From contig NC_043007.1 of assembly GCF_006345805.1 (NCBI RefSeq), forward strand, positions 41,850,001-41,914,000: 64,000 nt of DNA, written 5' to 3'. The notes under the pieces are model-generated. The model had not been told where the DNA came from. It saw nothing but the letters and a program-made list of their open reading frames with translations, and did no database searches. Shown here in pieces: positions 25,629 through 38,111 of this stretch. The stretch is from Octopus sinensis. Its lineage: Eukaryota. The position numbers and the translations under genes were made by a program. Each line of letters starts with the position of its first letter. The stretch's first letter is position 1.

Positions 25629-26255
25629 GTAAGTTTTTATATTTGAAAGTTTTGAGCATATACATTGTTTTTTTTTTCCGCATTAAGACTGTTACCACTA
25701 ATGTGACTAGCAGGGGGATGTAATCTCCTCTTACTGCTCCTCTTACTCTATTTCCTCTCAGTAATCTACTCTTACTACCACTGAGGTAAACATTTTGAAA
25801 CACAAATAGATTATGGAAATGGATGTTTGCAAAATAAAAGAAATGTCAGAAATAAAACTTATTTCCACCTCAGGATGTGGGGTAGATCTTGAAATAAGCT
25901 CAAGATTTGTTGTAACTAAAACAGGAACAAATAACTGCTTTCTATCAGTAATCCAAGTAAAAATCATGAACATTGAAAGTATAAAAATAATAAATTTTAT
26001 ATACATATATAGACACAGACACACACATCAGTGACAACTATGAGGGTAGTAGCAGTAAGAGCAAGAGCAACAACATCACCAACAGTGACAGAAAAATAAA
26101 ACTACTAGGCATATTTATTGTACAGTATATTTCAATAAAATAGACAAGCATCAAATCAAAATACTGTATATACTGAAGGTACACAGAGTTCCACTTGACT
26201 GAGAAAAGGAAGTATGAAATAAAAGTAAGATTATTAAAACAATAAAAATAACAAC

Positions 26256-26313
<58 letters not shown>

Positions 26314-26316
<3 letters not shown>

Positions 26317-27980
26317 CAATTCGGCCTCGATAAATGTGCAAAGGCTACCTTTATCAAAGGAAAAATGACAGAAACATCTAACGTTAACCTTGACCAACAG
26401 AATGTCATAAAAGAACTAGATCCAGCGGAGAGCTACAAGTACCTAGGGGTAATTGAAGGGAACGGAATAAGGCATTCAGAGATGAAGGAAAGGATCAGGA
26501 GAGAATGCTATCGAAGAGTGAGAGCAATACTCAAGACAGAGCTGAATGCAAGAAACAGGATCGAAGCAATCAATGCATTAGCTATACCAGTCGTGACTTA
26601 CAGTTTCAATATTGTTAACTGGTCAATTACTGAAATATGTCAGCTCGACAGAAAAATAAGGAAACTGTTGACAATGCATAGAATGCACCACCCTAAGACA
26701 GATACAGAACGACTCTATCTGCCAAGAAAAGAGGGAGGCCGTGGTCTTTTGCAACTGGCAATAACAATGAAGATTGCTACAATTGGCCTAGACACCTACC
26801 TGAAAAACTCTGAGGACTGGATGTTAAAACTGTCTCAAAACATGAAAACAAGAAAGCATCATACTCAGTCACAAAACAGGCAAAGGAATATCTAAGTGAA
26901 TTCCGAATACAACCAATTTCGGAATTAGAGATAGACATACAAGAAACAAGCACAGAAAAAGCTAGGCGCATGAAAACCCGTGCCAAAACTGCGGCCTTAG
27001 ATATTCTGAATAATAAATGGCAAGAAAAACCTCTCTATGGCAAATACCCAAAGAGAGCGAATAATGCAGATATCGACAAAGCCCTGACCCATCAATGGCT
27101 AATGGCCTCTGGCTTAAAATCTGAAACATAGGGGTTTATCATAGCAGCTCAAGATCAATGCCTACCAACAAGAAACTACCAGGCCAACATATTAAAGATC
27201 AGAAGCAGTCCAACGTGTCGTGTATGCAAGCAACAAAATGAAACCATTGACCATGTGGTCTCCAAGTGCAGTCTTCTAGCGCCTACAGAGTATCTCAACA
27301 GGCACGATAGAGCTGCACAATATATTCACTGGGTAATCTGTAAAAACCTGGATTTGCCCCATGAAAAAAACTGGTGGGAACACAAACCACCCCCAGTGCT
27401 TGAAAATGACCACATCTCACTCCTCTGGAACTTCACCATTCAAACTGACAGGAAGATAGATGAAAATAGGCCAGACATCATATTGAAAGACTTCAAACAA
27501 AGAACATGCCTCCTCATTGATATGGACTGTCCCAATCGATATAAACGTATCTGTCAGGACCTACCAAAACTGAGCAAATATAAAGATCTTGAAATAGAAA
27601 TCAGCAAAATGTGGAAGCTGAAGACTAAAACAATACCTGTTGTCATAGATGCCCTGGGAATGATAGCAAAAGGGGCTGATAGCTACCTAACTCAGATACC
27701 AGGAAACCCAAAAATGGCAGAAGTTCAAAAGATAGTGCTCATGGAACTGCTCATATCCTACGCAAAATACTCTCTATGTAACCTCAAGGTTTAAAACAAC
27801 CATAATTTTCGGTTTAAAAAAAAAAAAAAAAACAACTTTTTTTTTTTTTTAGACATTCATTAGTACAACATCCCCACCCCCCAAATATATGGCACACTAG
27901 GCATAACAACAACATGAACTTCCAACCCTGGTGTCTCTTGAGGTCTCTGGGTGAGACTTGGAGCCAACTTGTACAAATAT
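26314..27980 (+). mobile_element. 5'-truncated R4/Dong-type non-LTR retrotransposon (RT C-terminus, CCHC, RLE) in (AAT)n
   Basis: QFGLDKCAKATF...YKYLGV...INALAIPVVTYSF, CRVC...ETIDHVVSKC, NRPDIILKD...LLIDM. Flanked by (AAT)n on both sides and has several frameshifts. Confidence 0.92.
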
Positions 27981-27999
27981 AAAGCAAAAGTCAAACATA

Positions 28000-28044
<45 letters not shown>

Positions 28045-28079
28045 CAATAATAATAATAATAATAATAATTCATTCTAAT

Positions 28080-28284
28080 TTGGCCCCAAGGCTAGCAATT
28101 TTAGGGATAAGGGGTTAATTGATTACATTGAACCCATTGCTGAATTAGTATATATTTTATCAACCTCAAAAGGATGAAAGGTAAAGCTGACTTGAGTGGC
28201 ATTTGAAAAGAAAATGTGAAACCAGAAGAAATGCCATTAAGCATTTTGACCAATATGCTAACACTGCTGCCAAATTGCCACCTT
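28080..28284 (-). mobile_element. Meta/RUDI-like SINE between (AAT)n arrays
   Basis: AAAAGGATGAAAGGTAAAGCTGAC... family motif. Confidence 0.75.
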
Positions 28285-28335
28285 AATAATAACAATAATA
28301 GTAATAATAACAACAACAACAGCAACAACAACAAC

Positions 28336-28380
<45 letters not shown>

Positions 28381-28384
<4 letters not shown>

Positions 28385-28940
28385 GCCCTGATGCAGTACC
28401 AGGCAGTGGCTCTCATGGCTTCTGATCTTAACTGATTGGAAGTGTTATCATGTACATTGTTTTGTCTTGGTATAAAAGATGGGCTACAGCAAATATTCTG
28501 CTCAATACCACAGATTTGTTTGTCAGTTGCTTGACCTTAACCAGTTGAGCATGTCCCTTAGTGGCTGACGATATGTGCATCTCTGATCACGAGCAGAAGT
28601 AGTGGGGGAGCATCATAGTCATGTGTTGAGAGGGTTTCTTTGGGGTTTGAATAATTCACCTCTGGAAACATGGGTGTTTTTTTCAACATCCTTAAGCAAC
28701 CCTTATTCAGGACCGTTTGAGCGGGATGGGCTACTCAACCTGAAGAAAATTCTAACTGGGCCCCACCTGTAAGGTCATGTGCTGTTTATCTTGATATGAG
28801 ATCACCATGTCGCGCACATATGGTTGTGATGCATGTGCCTGGTGTACCTTTATCAGACGGGTAGTCATGATGGGTATATTGGGCTTCGTATATTTTACCC
28901 CAGTGTCACTTTGATGGCCTGAACTGCTCTCTCACTCAAT
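28381..28940. repeat. Unclassified ~560-bp element bounded by (AAT)n arrays
   Basis: Higher-GC block with sharp (AAT)n boundaries and no recognisable ORF. Single copy in this window. Confidence 0.35.
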
Positions 28941-28954
28941 AATAATAATAATAA

Positions 28955-29160
28955 TAGCTTCAAATTTTGGCACAAGGTCACCAATTTTAGGGAGGGGGTT
29001 AAGTTGATTACATCAATACCAGTGCTCAACTGTTATTTAATTTATCAACACCAAAAGGATGAAAGGCAAAGTCAACCCCAGCAGCATTTGAGCTCAAAAC
29101 ACAAAGTCAGAAGAAATCTCTCTAGGCGTTTTGCCTGACATGTTAACAATTTTGCAATAC
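28955..29160 (-). mobile_element. Meta/RUDI-like SINE
   Basis: AAAAGGATGAAAGGCAAAGTCAACCCCAGCAGCATTTGAGCTCAAAAC. Confidence 0.75.
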
Positions 29161-29830
29161 ATAATGTACTTTTGCCACTGGGGGCATTGTCAGTTTGGAC
29201 TAAAGTCTACAGGTATGGCAGTGCCATAAGCCAAATCTGCTCAGAGGGCTATGAAGCCATTCTTTCTGCATACATTCAGTTACAGGAACATCACTGAATT
29301 GTGGAGTTACGTCAAATGGATGTTGTTGCATGTAGGATGGCTCGAATTGTCAATCAAGTGCACTGTGCAGATCATCTCAACACACTTCCTTAGCACAGAA
29401 GGATAGACAAACATTTTGTCTGCAGCTACGGAGGTTGTATGGTGAACAAAATTGAGAGGACTAAGGATAAAGCTTTTTCTCTCTGATCAAGCCCTTGTCA
29501 ACTTCTTCAAATTTCTGTTAGAAAGAAAGAAGATGGAGAAGGAAGAGTTGCTCTCCAATAAATTTAATGAAAGACATATGGAAGTAGCCAGTACAGCCTG
29601 GATCAAACAGCCTCTCTGAAAATGTTGATGTTGGCTGAACTAGAAGCCACAACTGGGAAAAGGTACTTACTCTTAGTAATCAGGATAGTCCATGATTGTT
29701 GGAGATCCCTGATTTGACCTAAGTAGTTGTTTATTTGTGTTTCCATAAAAATTTTTTTTATTTTCTTTATCAGGTAACAAAGAAAAAGTGAAAAATTAAC
29801 AGCGGTTCGTATAAAAAAAGAAAACTCTCA

Positions 29831-30000
29831 ATGATGGGATGTGGACTAAGTTTCAAATCAGAAAAACCCAAGAAGAAACAGAAAGAAGTCACCTCCAATA
29901 CATGTGCTATATTGTCTGATAGACAAAATCTGTTAGTTAGAGAATCATGGTCTATCATTCAGGACGAAATACTTACCATTGGTGTATATATTTATTACAG
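29831..30000 (+). CDS. Globin coding exon 1 (acylation motif, basic extension, A and B helices)
   Basis: MMGCGLSFKSEKPKKKQKEVTSNTCAILSDRQNLLVRESWSIIQDEILTIGVYIYY plus AG|GTAAAA phase-2 donor (B12.2). Acceptor TTTTCTTTATCAG at 29773. Not present in the ORF track. Confidence 0.93.
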
Positions 30001-30161
30001 GTAAAACACATTTCTTGTTTGTGAGTTACATTTTTATGTATCTTATATGGTTTTAATGTATTTCATCTGTTTTTGTGTTGACATCATTCATTGTTTTTCT
30101 TTAATGTGTATCATCATCTGTTAAGTGTTGTAATTGAACATATATGTTTACATGCATGTGC

Positions 30162-30196
<35 letters not shown>

Positions 30197-30199
30197 ATT

Positions 30200-30815
30200 T
30201 ATATTTTACTTGTTTCAACCATTGGGCTGTGGCCATACTGGGGTACTGCCTTGAAGGGTTTTATTCAAATGAATCGACTCCAGTACTTGTATTTTTTTAA
30301 GTTTGCTATTTATTTTTATCAGTCTCTTTTGCCTAACCACTAAGTGACAGGGACATAAACAAACCAATGCCAGTTGATAAGCAGTGGTTGGGGACAAACA
30401 TAAAGATGCACTCACATAGATACATGCACATTAAAAAAAATGCTTAAAGCTCCTTCCAAAGTCATGTTGACTCAGGGCCAATTTCTGGGTTTCAATAGTG
30501 TACATATTCTCCCCTGGACGGGAAGCCATTCCATCTCAGGAATGCTCATTTTTACCAGCTGCATGGACTGAAGCAACATGAAATGAGGTGTTTTGCTCAA
30601 GAACATACCGCGTCGCCCAGTCCAGGAATCAAAACCCCAATCTTACAATCATGAGTCCAACACCCAAGCCACTAAGCCGCATACCTACGCACATAAAGCT
30701 TTGGTCAGTCTGGGGCTATAGTAGAAGACATTTGCCTAACATGTCACGTATTGGGACTGAAAGAAGAAAACCATGTGGTTGAGAAGAAAGCTTCTTCCTG
30801 CACAGCCAGACCTTT
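30200..30815 (-). mobile_element. Cluster of three SINE fragments
   Basis: 30200-30410 matches the body of the 55590 family, 30465-30690 the 54813 family, and 30695-30815 the 57080 head. Confidence 0.7.
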
Positions 30816-30872
30816 ACTTATGTTTGCATCTGTATAAGACCATATGCATAAACACACATGTGTCTATTTGAA

Positions 30873-30915
<43 letters not shown>

Positions 30916-30956
30916 GTGTGTGTGTGCGCGTGTGTGTGTGTGTGCGCATGTGTGTG

Positions 30957-30995
<39 letters not shown>

Positions 30996-30997
30996 GA

Positions 30998-31220
30998 GAT
31001 AAAAATCAAACATCCAGTCAACATCATGGTGTTTGGAGTGATCACTAGCGATGGTGACCTTATGCCACCATGCATCTTCCCACATAGCCTCAGACTCAAC
31101 ACAGAGGTCTACATCATGTACATGAAGGAAGTAGTGCTGCCCTGGGTCAAAAGGGTGGCTGCAGGAAGATCCTATGTCAGGTAACAGGACTCTGCACCAT
31201 GCCATACAAGCAAGAGAACT
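30998..31220 (+). mobile_element. Tc1/mariner-superfamily transposase fragment
   Basis: KIKHPVNIMVFGVITSDGDLMPPCIFPHSLRLNTEVY...VVLPWVKRVAAGRSYVR*QDSAPCHTSKRT: the MVWG-like motif and the second catalytic Asp (QQDSAP.H), with an in-frame stop. Confidence 0.85.
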
Positions 31221-32620
31221 AATTCAGTTCTCAACCAAATTGAATGCATTTTTCTAGTAATGACAGTCCAGTCTTCAGCTACATTTTGAGAAAAAATAAT
31301 TGAAATCTGGTTTATATAAATATTCGTCCCCAGTCGAAAGACACCTGTTGTTATGTCCTGTTATTATTATTATTATTATATTATTATTATTATTATTATT
31401 GTATTTTGTATTTATATTCGTGTAACATCATCTGTTTTTCCGTCCTTGTTTTTGTATACATTCGATACTTTCTTCCAAGGAATCTAATGCCCTTAGCTTA
31501 GTTTTTCCTTGGAGCTGGCCAGATTGGAGCAATCTCAAGATTAATCAGCTGAAATTGCGAGGATAATCCAGTTCTTGACTGAGGATAGAAAACTTCGAAT
31601 GACTCGTCATCCCCTTTTGTATTACCTAGTTGTCCAGATGTTTTGTGTTCTTGTACTATTTTGTACTTTTTATATATATATATATATATAAGAGAGTTTG
31701 TATGTGTGTGTGTGTGCATGCATGTATGTTCCTTATGCATTCCAAAACCGAGTTGCCGTTTTTGAGTTTTTGACGTATGAAGTATCAAATGATTCAGTAA
31801 CCTTTTGGCTACCAACTAAACTATATTTTCATTCACTTATTCACATTACAAAAGTTTAAGATTATCATATTTCTTTTAGTCACCTAGTCTAAATGACATC
31901 TTTTATCACCACCACCAAAACGACAATGATGTCACATTTTCTATGTGTTCGGGTATTCATTACATACATTAGGCCAATGACTGACAAGTATGTGTGTGAT
32001 CGTGTTTCTGTCTGTCAGTATACATACATTTTTGTGACAACTGACAAACACACACACACCACACACACACACACACACACGCACACATACACACACACAC
32101 ACACATACACACACACACACACGCACATGCACATACATACACATATCCAAAGACAGAGATAGACACGCACAAGGACAGAAAAAGACTTCACATATGCATT
32201 AATGTAAATGTGTGTGTGTGTGTCACTTACTTCATGTATGTAACTTCCCCCACCCAACAGTGAAACATGCTGATATTGAAAGTTTTCTTGTGGCCTGGAC
32301 TTTCACTTTCTTCACTGTGACATTCATTCAGTCATGAATTTTATAACATTTAGTAAATGTTCCACATAAATGTTGACTTTCTGTACTTTCTTACATTGGT
32401 GACACATACTAACTTTTGCTAAATTGGTGACTTTCCATTTTTTTTGATAGTATAACTATGCTACAGAAAGTATGTTTTGCACCTATATTGACTACACTTC
32501 ATTTCGCTTGAACTTTGTGTGTGTATGTTTTACTATTTTCAGTATTATCAATTCTATGAGTGTGTGTGTGCGTTTCTACATTCATTACATCTATAGTAAT
32601 CTATAGTAGAGATCATTTCA

Positions 32621-33160
32621 CGCTGTTTTAATGAGCCCACATCTAATGAAGTAGCCATCCTTATGGTTGGTGATCCCATTGAAAATCATGACATTTTCAT
32701 TCATGTTCAAGATAACAAACTTAAACGTGTTTCACAGACTCATCCCTCTTATCATGCTCTCCAGTATAATCTTATTCTCTTGAATGGACAAGATGAGTAT
32801 CATTTCAATATTCCTCGGATTGAACCTGCAACAGGATAGCCAATTACAAACAAAAGGGTGTCGTCAAATGACTTCTATTCTTACCAACTGATGTTAAGAC
32901 CAGAACAATCAAATCCTTTCTACTATAAGCACAAGGCCTGAAATTTCAGGGGATGGGACCAGTCAATTATATCGACCCTAGTGTCTCACTGGTACTTAAT
33001 TTATCGACCCCAAAAGGATGGAAGGCAAAGTTGACCCTGGCAGCATTTGGACAGGCAAAATACAGCTGAAGCATTTTGCCCGACATGCTAATGATTCTGC
33101 CAGCTTGCCACCTTCCAGAACAATCAAATCAATTACCCATGTCAAATAAACTTTATTTTT
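32621..33160 (+). mobile_element. Helitron Rep-helicase coding fragment (pseudogenised), interrupted by a SINE
   Basis: RCFNEPTSNEVAILMVGD...LKRVSQTHPSYHALQYNLILLNGQDEYHFNI...G*...VSSNDFYSYQLMLR matches the Helitron region FN.PT..EVA...HRSYDALQYPL....G..G...FY.Y.LM.R. Confidence 0.88.
32916..33114 (-). mobile_element. Meta/RUDI-like SINE with 16-bp TSD
   Basis: CCAGAACAATCAAATC is duplicated at 32900-32915 and 33115-33130. Confidence 0.88.
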
Positions 33161-34349
33161 ATTTACATATTTTCTAGGTTATCTCAATAACCAGCTATAG
33201 TTATTTCAAATACACTTCTCTACAATGACCAGGTTTCATTACAAAATGAAAATAGTTTCACACTTCCAATTTGAACCAAAATAACAAAGTGCTGCATTAC
33301 GAGAGTGACGATGCATAAATAATGAAAGTAATGTTTCTCCGAATAAGTCACATGTGAATTATCATACAGAGAGCTGTTTATTATTATCAATATACCAAAT
33401 AAACTGTTTTTGACTCAACAACTCTTTTTTACAACTAAAATAACCTTGGCAACTACGTTGGGTTGCACAATTTTGACTTCATTTTTGGACAATATTTTGA
33501 TTTGCTTCTAATGTATCACTTTTGTCCGATGTTTCACACATTCATAGAATTCTACTCAGACAAACATTTATGAAAATGTACACATAAATATTGTATTAAA
33601 ATAAGCCACAACCAAAAGCATTGTATTAAAAGACATCAATTTTTCTATATGTTATAAACAAATAAGCCACTCTCTCTCTCTCACACTCACACACAAATGA
33701 TGTATGCATATGTATTTATGGGAGAAGGTCAAGAATAGGCACTCCCAGTGTTTACGGTTAGAGTTACACCGAAAACGGGTGGTGTGCGTATTCTTTACCT
33801 CTGCTTATTTATGTACATGTATATGAAAGCTAATGTGTGTGTGTGTGTGTGAGAGAGAGAGAGTGAGTGCCACATGCAAAAAATTTCATTCATCACAACA
33901 CACACCTTCACTCACTCACACTCTCTCTCTCACACACGCACAAACACACGTCCATTTCATATACACGTACATCTTACACTTTCTCCTCTCACTTCAAGGC
34001 AAATGTCACCTGTTCACTTTATCCTCTCTTTCAATTTCTGCTCTCTTCAAAGCATACAGAAATTAAACCAATTTTACAGAAATTAACAAAAGATCATATG
34101 AGCCCGTATATGTTGAGTTGACAACTTTGCTTCTTCAAATGAAAGAATGCTTCTTCAAATGAAAGAATATAACTTCATTTGACACACACTCATGAATACA
34201 CACACTCTAAGTAAAACTTCTGTGTGAATTATGTTAATTCTTGCAGTGTGCATATGCAAATTTACAGTTCAAACCCAATTGAAATGATTTTTTTCTATTG
34301 TATAATTTATGTTTGTGATGAGCGTATTTAAAAATCTGATTTTCGAGAT

Positions 34350-35030
34350 AAACTTAAAAGAAAGTTTTCCCAGAAATCCTGTCCTTTACCTCTTCTTCCT
34401 AGCATGTCCAAAGTGACATTCCTCGCCACCACTTATTTTTTTCCTAAATTCCTTCCAATTCCTATGTTTGTAATACAGGAGATTAGGATTTCACCCACAA
34501 ACACGTTCTCAATATTTTCCTAAATTTTTATTCTTGGTAATCCATGGATAAAAAACAGAGTATGAATCTTTTAGAATTTTACCCATCACCTCACCACTTC
34601 CAAAACCTACTCACTCCCAATGTTTCACTTTTAGCTTTTTAGAAATCAGAGAAGTTTCTTCAGAAATAATGTTGTTTACCTGTTGTTTCTAGCATGTCAG
34701 GTTTTCTGGTGGTGGTCTGGTATTTTTTTAAGTCTACTATTTCAGTAGAATTCTACGCATGCGGGAAACATCAGACAAAAGTGAAAAATTGGGAGATTTT
34801 AGCTTTTTGAAAGCTGCTAGGGGATGGGCAGGTGAGGTGGGGGAAGGGCATTGAGTGTTTCTTTAAGAAAAATTAAACTATAAAATATATATATTTATTT
34901 CTCAGATTCGTAATCTCTGTATTTTCCTACATAGATAACAAAATTTTTTAAAAAGTAGAAAAGTTACAAATTAAGACATTGCGGTGGGTATAGAGGGAAA
35001 CTAAAATTTTGAAAATGTGATTTCTGGACA
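34350..35030. mobile_element. Possible old foldback/MITE
   Basis: Short mirrored motifs only (ATACAGGAGATTAG vs GTAATCTCTGTAT; CCAGAAATC vs GATTTCTGG; pyrimidine- vs purine-rich inner blocks). Confidence 0.3.
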
Positions 35031-35159
35031 AAATCATATTAACTTCCTTTTATATGATGAAACAATACATAGTTTCCAATCCTTCTTAAAAACAGAAAGT
35101 ACTTTCATGCAAACCCATGTGAATTGTACCCTTGCCCTTCACTATTAAACAAACACTAA

Positions 35160-35218
35160 CTTCTACTATAGCCTCAGACTGAGTGGATTTGGTAAACAGA
35201 AAATGAAAGAAACCTCTC

Positions 35219-35249
<31 letters not shown>

Positions 35250-35670
35250 TATATTATATTTGTGTGTGTGTGTGTGTATCTTTGTGTCTGTGTTTCCCCC
35301 ACCACCATCACTTGACAACCAGTGTTGGTGTGTTTACATCCCCATACCTTGGTCGTTCAGCAAAAGAGTCCGATAGACTAAGTAGCAGGTTTTAAAAAAT
35401 AAGTACTAGGGTCGGTTTGATCGACTGATATTCTTCAAGGCAAACTGTCATGTCTACCCCAAGACGTTACTGTCTTGAGTCCCAGGACTCTTACAAGTGG
35501 TTACTGGTTTCCATGGCCAATAAGTGTCCAAGATCAACACATTTCTCATTTACAGCTGAGTGGACTAGAGAAAAATGAAATGAAGTGTTTTGCTCAAGAA
35601 CATAATGAACTACCTGGTCTGAAAATCAAAGCCATGTAATCATGAGTGCAACACTCTTACCACTCGGCCA
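35160..35670. mobile_element. SINE fragments (composite-family body on +, tRNA-SINE on -)
   Basis: GTGGATTTGGTAAACAGAAAATGAAAGAAACC-(TA/TG)n-CTTGACAACCAGTGTTGGTGTGTTTAC, then CAGCTGAGTGGACTAGAG...TTTTGCTCAAGAAC. Confidence 0.65.
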
Positions 35671-37434
35671 TGCACCTTCACTCAAATCATACTATACTGT
35701 CATAAAAAAGTCTGATACTACAATCTGTGGCTAAACAGCAACAACAACAACAGTATTAACAGTTTAGCTTGTGTAGGTATAAAGATTCTCTTGGTTTACT
35801 ACGGAATCTCACCTACCATTATACAACGTGTGTTACATATTCACTCATGGAAATTATACAAGAAACAAACTTTAAAAATAACAGCAAAACTCTATTCCTC
35901 TGCTAAATAATACAGTAGACAAAATAAATACACCACAGATTCTGGTGGTTGTATAGTTCATCCACCATTAGGTTAATTCAACTTTGACCATCATTGGTTA
36001 TATGTGCTTCGTTATAACAGCAGGAAAATAACATGACTCACCTTCCTGAAAATCTCTCGCCCCTCTGTGATAGCTGTTTTGTTAACTCAATATATAAGCC
36101 AAAGTAGGCCCCAACATAGATTCAAGTTAGTTGTTTGAGAATGCATCACGCACACAATGATTGGATCCAAGATCCATATCCCATGCAATACTTGACCAAT
36201 CAAAATATAGGACTCAACCAAATGTTCCAAATTTACATGATAGGTCAGACAACCAATCATTAAAGATTAATGTGTGGAGCCTATAAAAGACTAGTTGACT
36301 CCAATATGCCATGATAGAAATTGGTCTTGCTACAACAGTGACAACTGGAGTGTATCTGTAAGTTTACTGAGTATTGCAAAAATAGCAGCCAAATCTCCCT
36401 CAAATTAAATCGTGTATTTTTAAATGGTAAAAGATGCATCATTGAATAATGTAGTCCTAGATACACTATCTGAAGTGACATGTGGCAATGGTCACTGGGG
36501 GCGTGCCATTGATCAATCAGAGCAGACTTGAGGCTAAGTGCTATCACCAATGAAGACAACAACGACAACATAAACTACAACAACAAAAGTAATGATAGTG
36601 AGAACAACAAAACATCAACAACAACAACAACAACAACAGTAACAACTAACAACAACAAAAGAACACAGCAGCAACAAAAACAACATCAGCAACAACAGCA
36701 TTAACAAGACCATCGTGGAAAGCAGCAATGAGATGGCCTCAATGAGGTCGTTTGGTCTGCTAGACATAGCAGACACATCTCCCTTAAATTTAATTCTACT
36801 GACTTGAAAAAGGATGAACACACTGGATTATTCAGTTAGAGATGCACTAACCCTGAAAAAGAAGATGGTATGGTCATGGTTGGAATGTCTTTGGTCAGTG
36901 CTGAGCTGAGGCTAAACAATAACAATTACACAAGAACAACAACAGTAATTAATGTGCTTGAACAGTGGGCTTGACTAGCTGGCTTGACCTGTAGCCAATT
37001 TCAAGAGGTCATTCACCTAAACTGTATCCTTGACATAATTCAACATGGGAAAAGGTAGGGTTATGCCACTCCACAACCACAACAACCATGACGACAGCTG
37101 CATCAGCAGCAACAGCAGCAACAGGAGCAACAGAAGTAGCAATAATTCCAAGAAACATTCAAAATCAATAATAACAGTGTCAACAATAACAACAACAATA
37201 ACAACTACTATATCAATAAAAGAAAAGAAATATTGATTTCTTTTAAATAGACACAAGATTACAGTTTGAACTTGGAGTATTACTGGTATTTATTTTATCA
37301 GTACTTATAAATATACATACATGCATACAAGCATGCATACATACAAACGTATGTTATATACATACATACACATACATACATACATACATACATACATACA
37401 TACATGCATACATGCATACATGCATGCACACATG

Positions 37435-37705
37435 TGGAGGCACAATGGCCCAGTGGTTAGGGTAGTGGACTCGTGGTTGTAGGATCGCAGTTTCGATTCC
37501 CAGACTGGGTGTTGTGAGTGTTTTTTGAGCGAAAACACCTAAAGCTCCACGAGGCTCCGGCAGTGGGGTGGTGGAAATCCCTGCTGTACTCTTTCGCCAC
37601 AACTTTCTCGCGGGGTGGCATCCTTTGAAGGCTAAAACAATGCAAAGCGCATTGTGACCAGCAATGTGTAGCAACATCTGATAGCCTGGTCGGTCACAGT
37701 CATCA
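37435..37705 (+). mobile_element. tRNA-derived SINE (second family)
   Basis: TGGCCCAGTGGTTAGGG A box and GTTTCGATTCCC B box. Homologous to 50874-51172. Confidence 0.85.
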
Positions 37706-37727
37706 CAAACATACATACATATATACA

Positions 37728-37975
37728 TCAGTGAAAAAGAGAATACTTATGCTGCTAAACTGCTCAGAAATCTGCAGTTACTCTATCCAGATTATAAGTT
37801 CAGGTTTATACCTGTAATTTGGGGGACCATGGGATATGTAACACATTGGCTAAATACCCATCTTGAGAAATTCGGCGTCTCAAAACCAGAAAGGAGAAAG
37901 ATAATTCGAAAACTACAGATCACTGGAACTGTAAAAATCTGTAAAATTTTCCAGAAGTTAATCATTTAAGTACAT
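37728..37975 (+). mobile_element. 3' fragment of an RLE-type non-LTR retrotransposon in (TACA)n
   Basis: ENTYAAKLLRNLQLLYPDYKFRFIPVILGTMGYV...LQITGTVKICK, duplicating the 3' end of 38112-39745. Confidence 0.75.
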
Positions 37976-38111
37976 ATGAACATGTCTAGATATGCAAATA
38001 TATGCATGAGAATACATACATAAAACAAAACATACAAATCTGCATATATACATACATACATACATACATACATACATACATACATACATACATACATACA
38101 TGCATACATAC

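Noticed and set aside
25813-26034. ORF MEMDVCKIKEMS... as a candidate globin first exon
   Set aside because: No globin A/B helix features and no phase-2 donor. The exon at 29831-30000 fits exactly.
31570-31615. CTGAGGA...TCGAATGACTC hammerhead-like motif
   Set aside because: GAAA is incomplete, and stems I and II do not pair convincingly.
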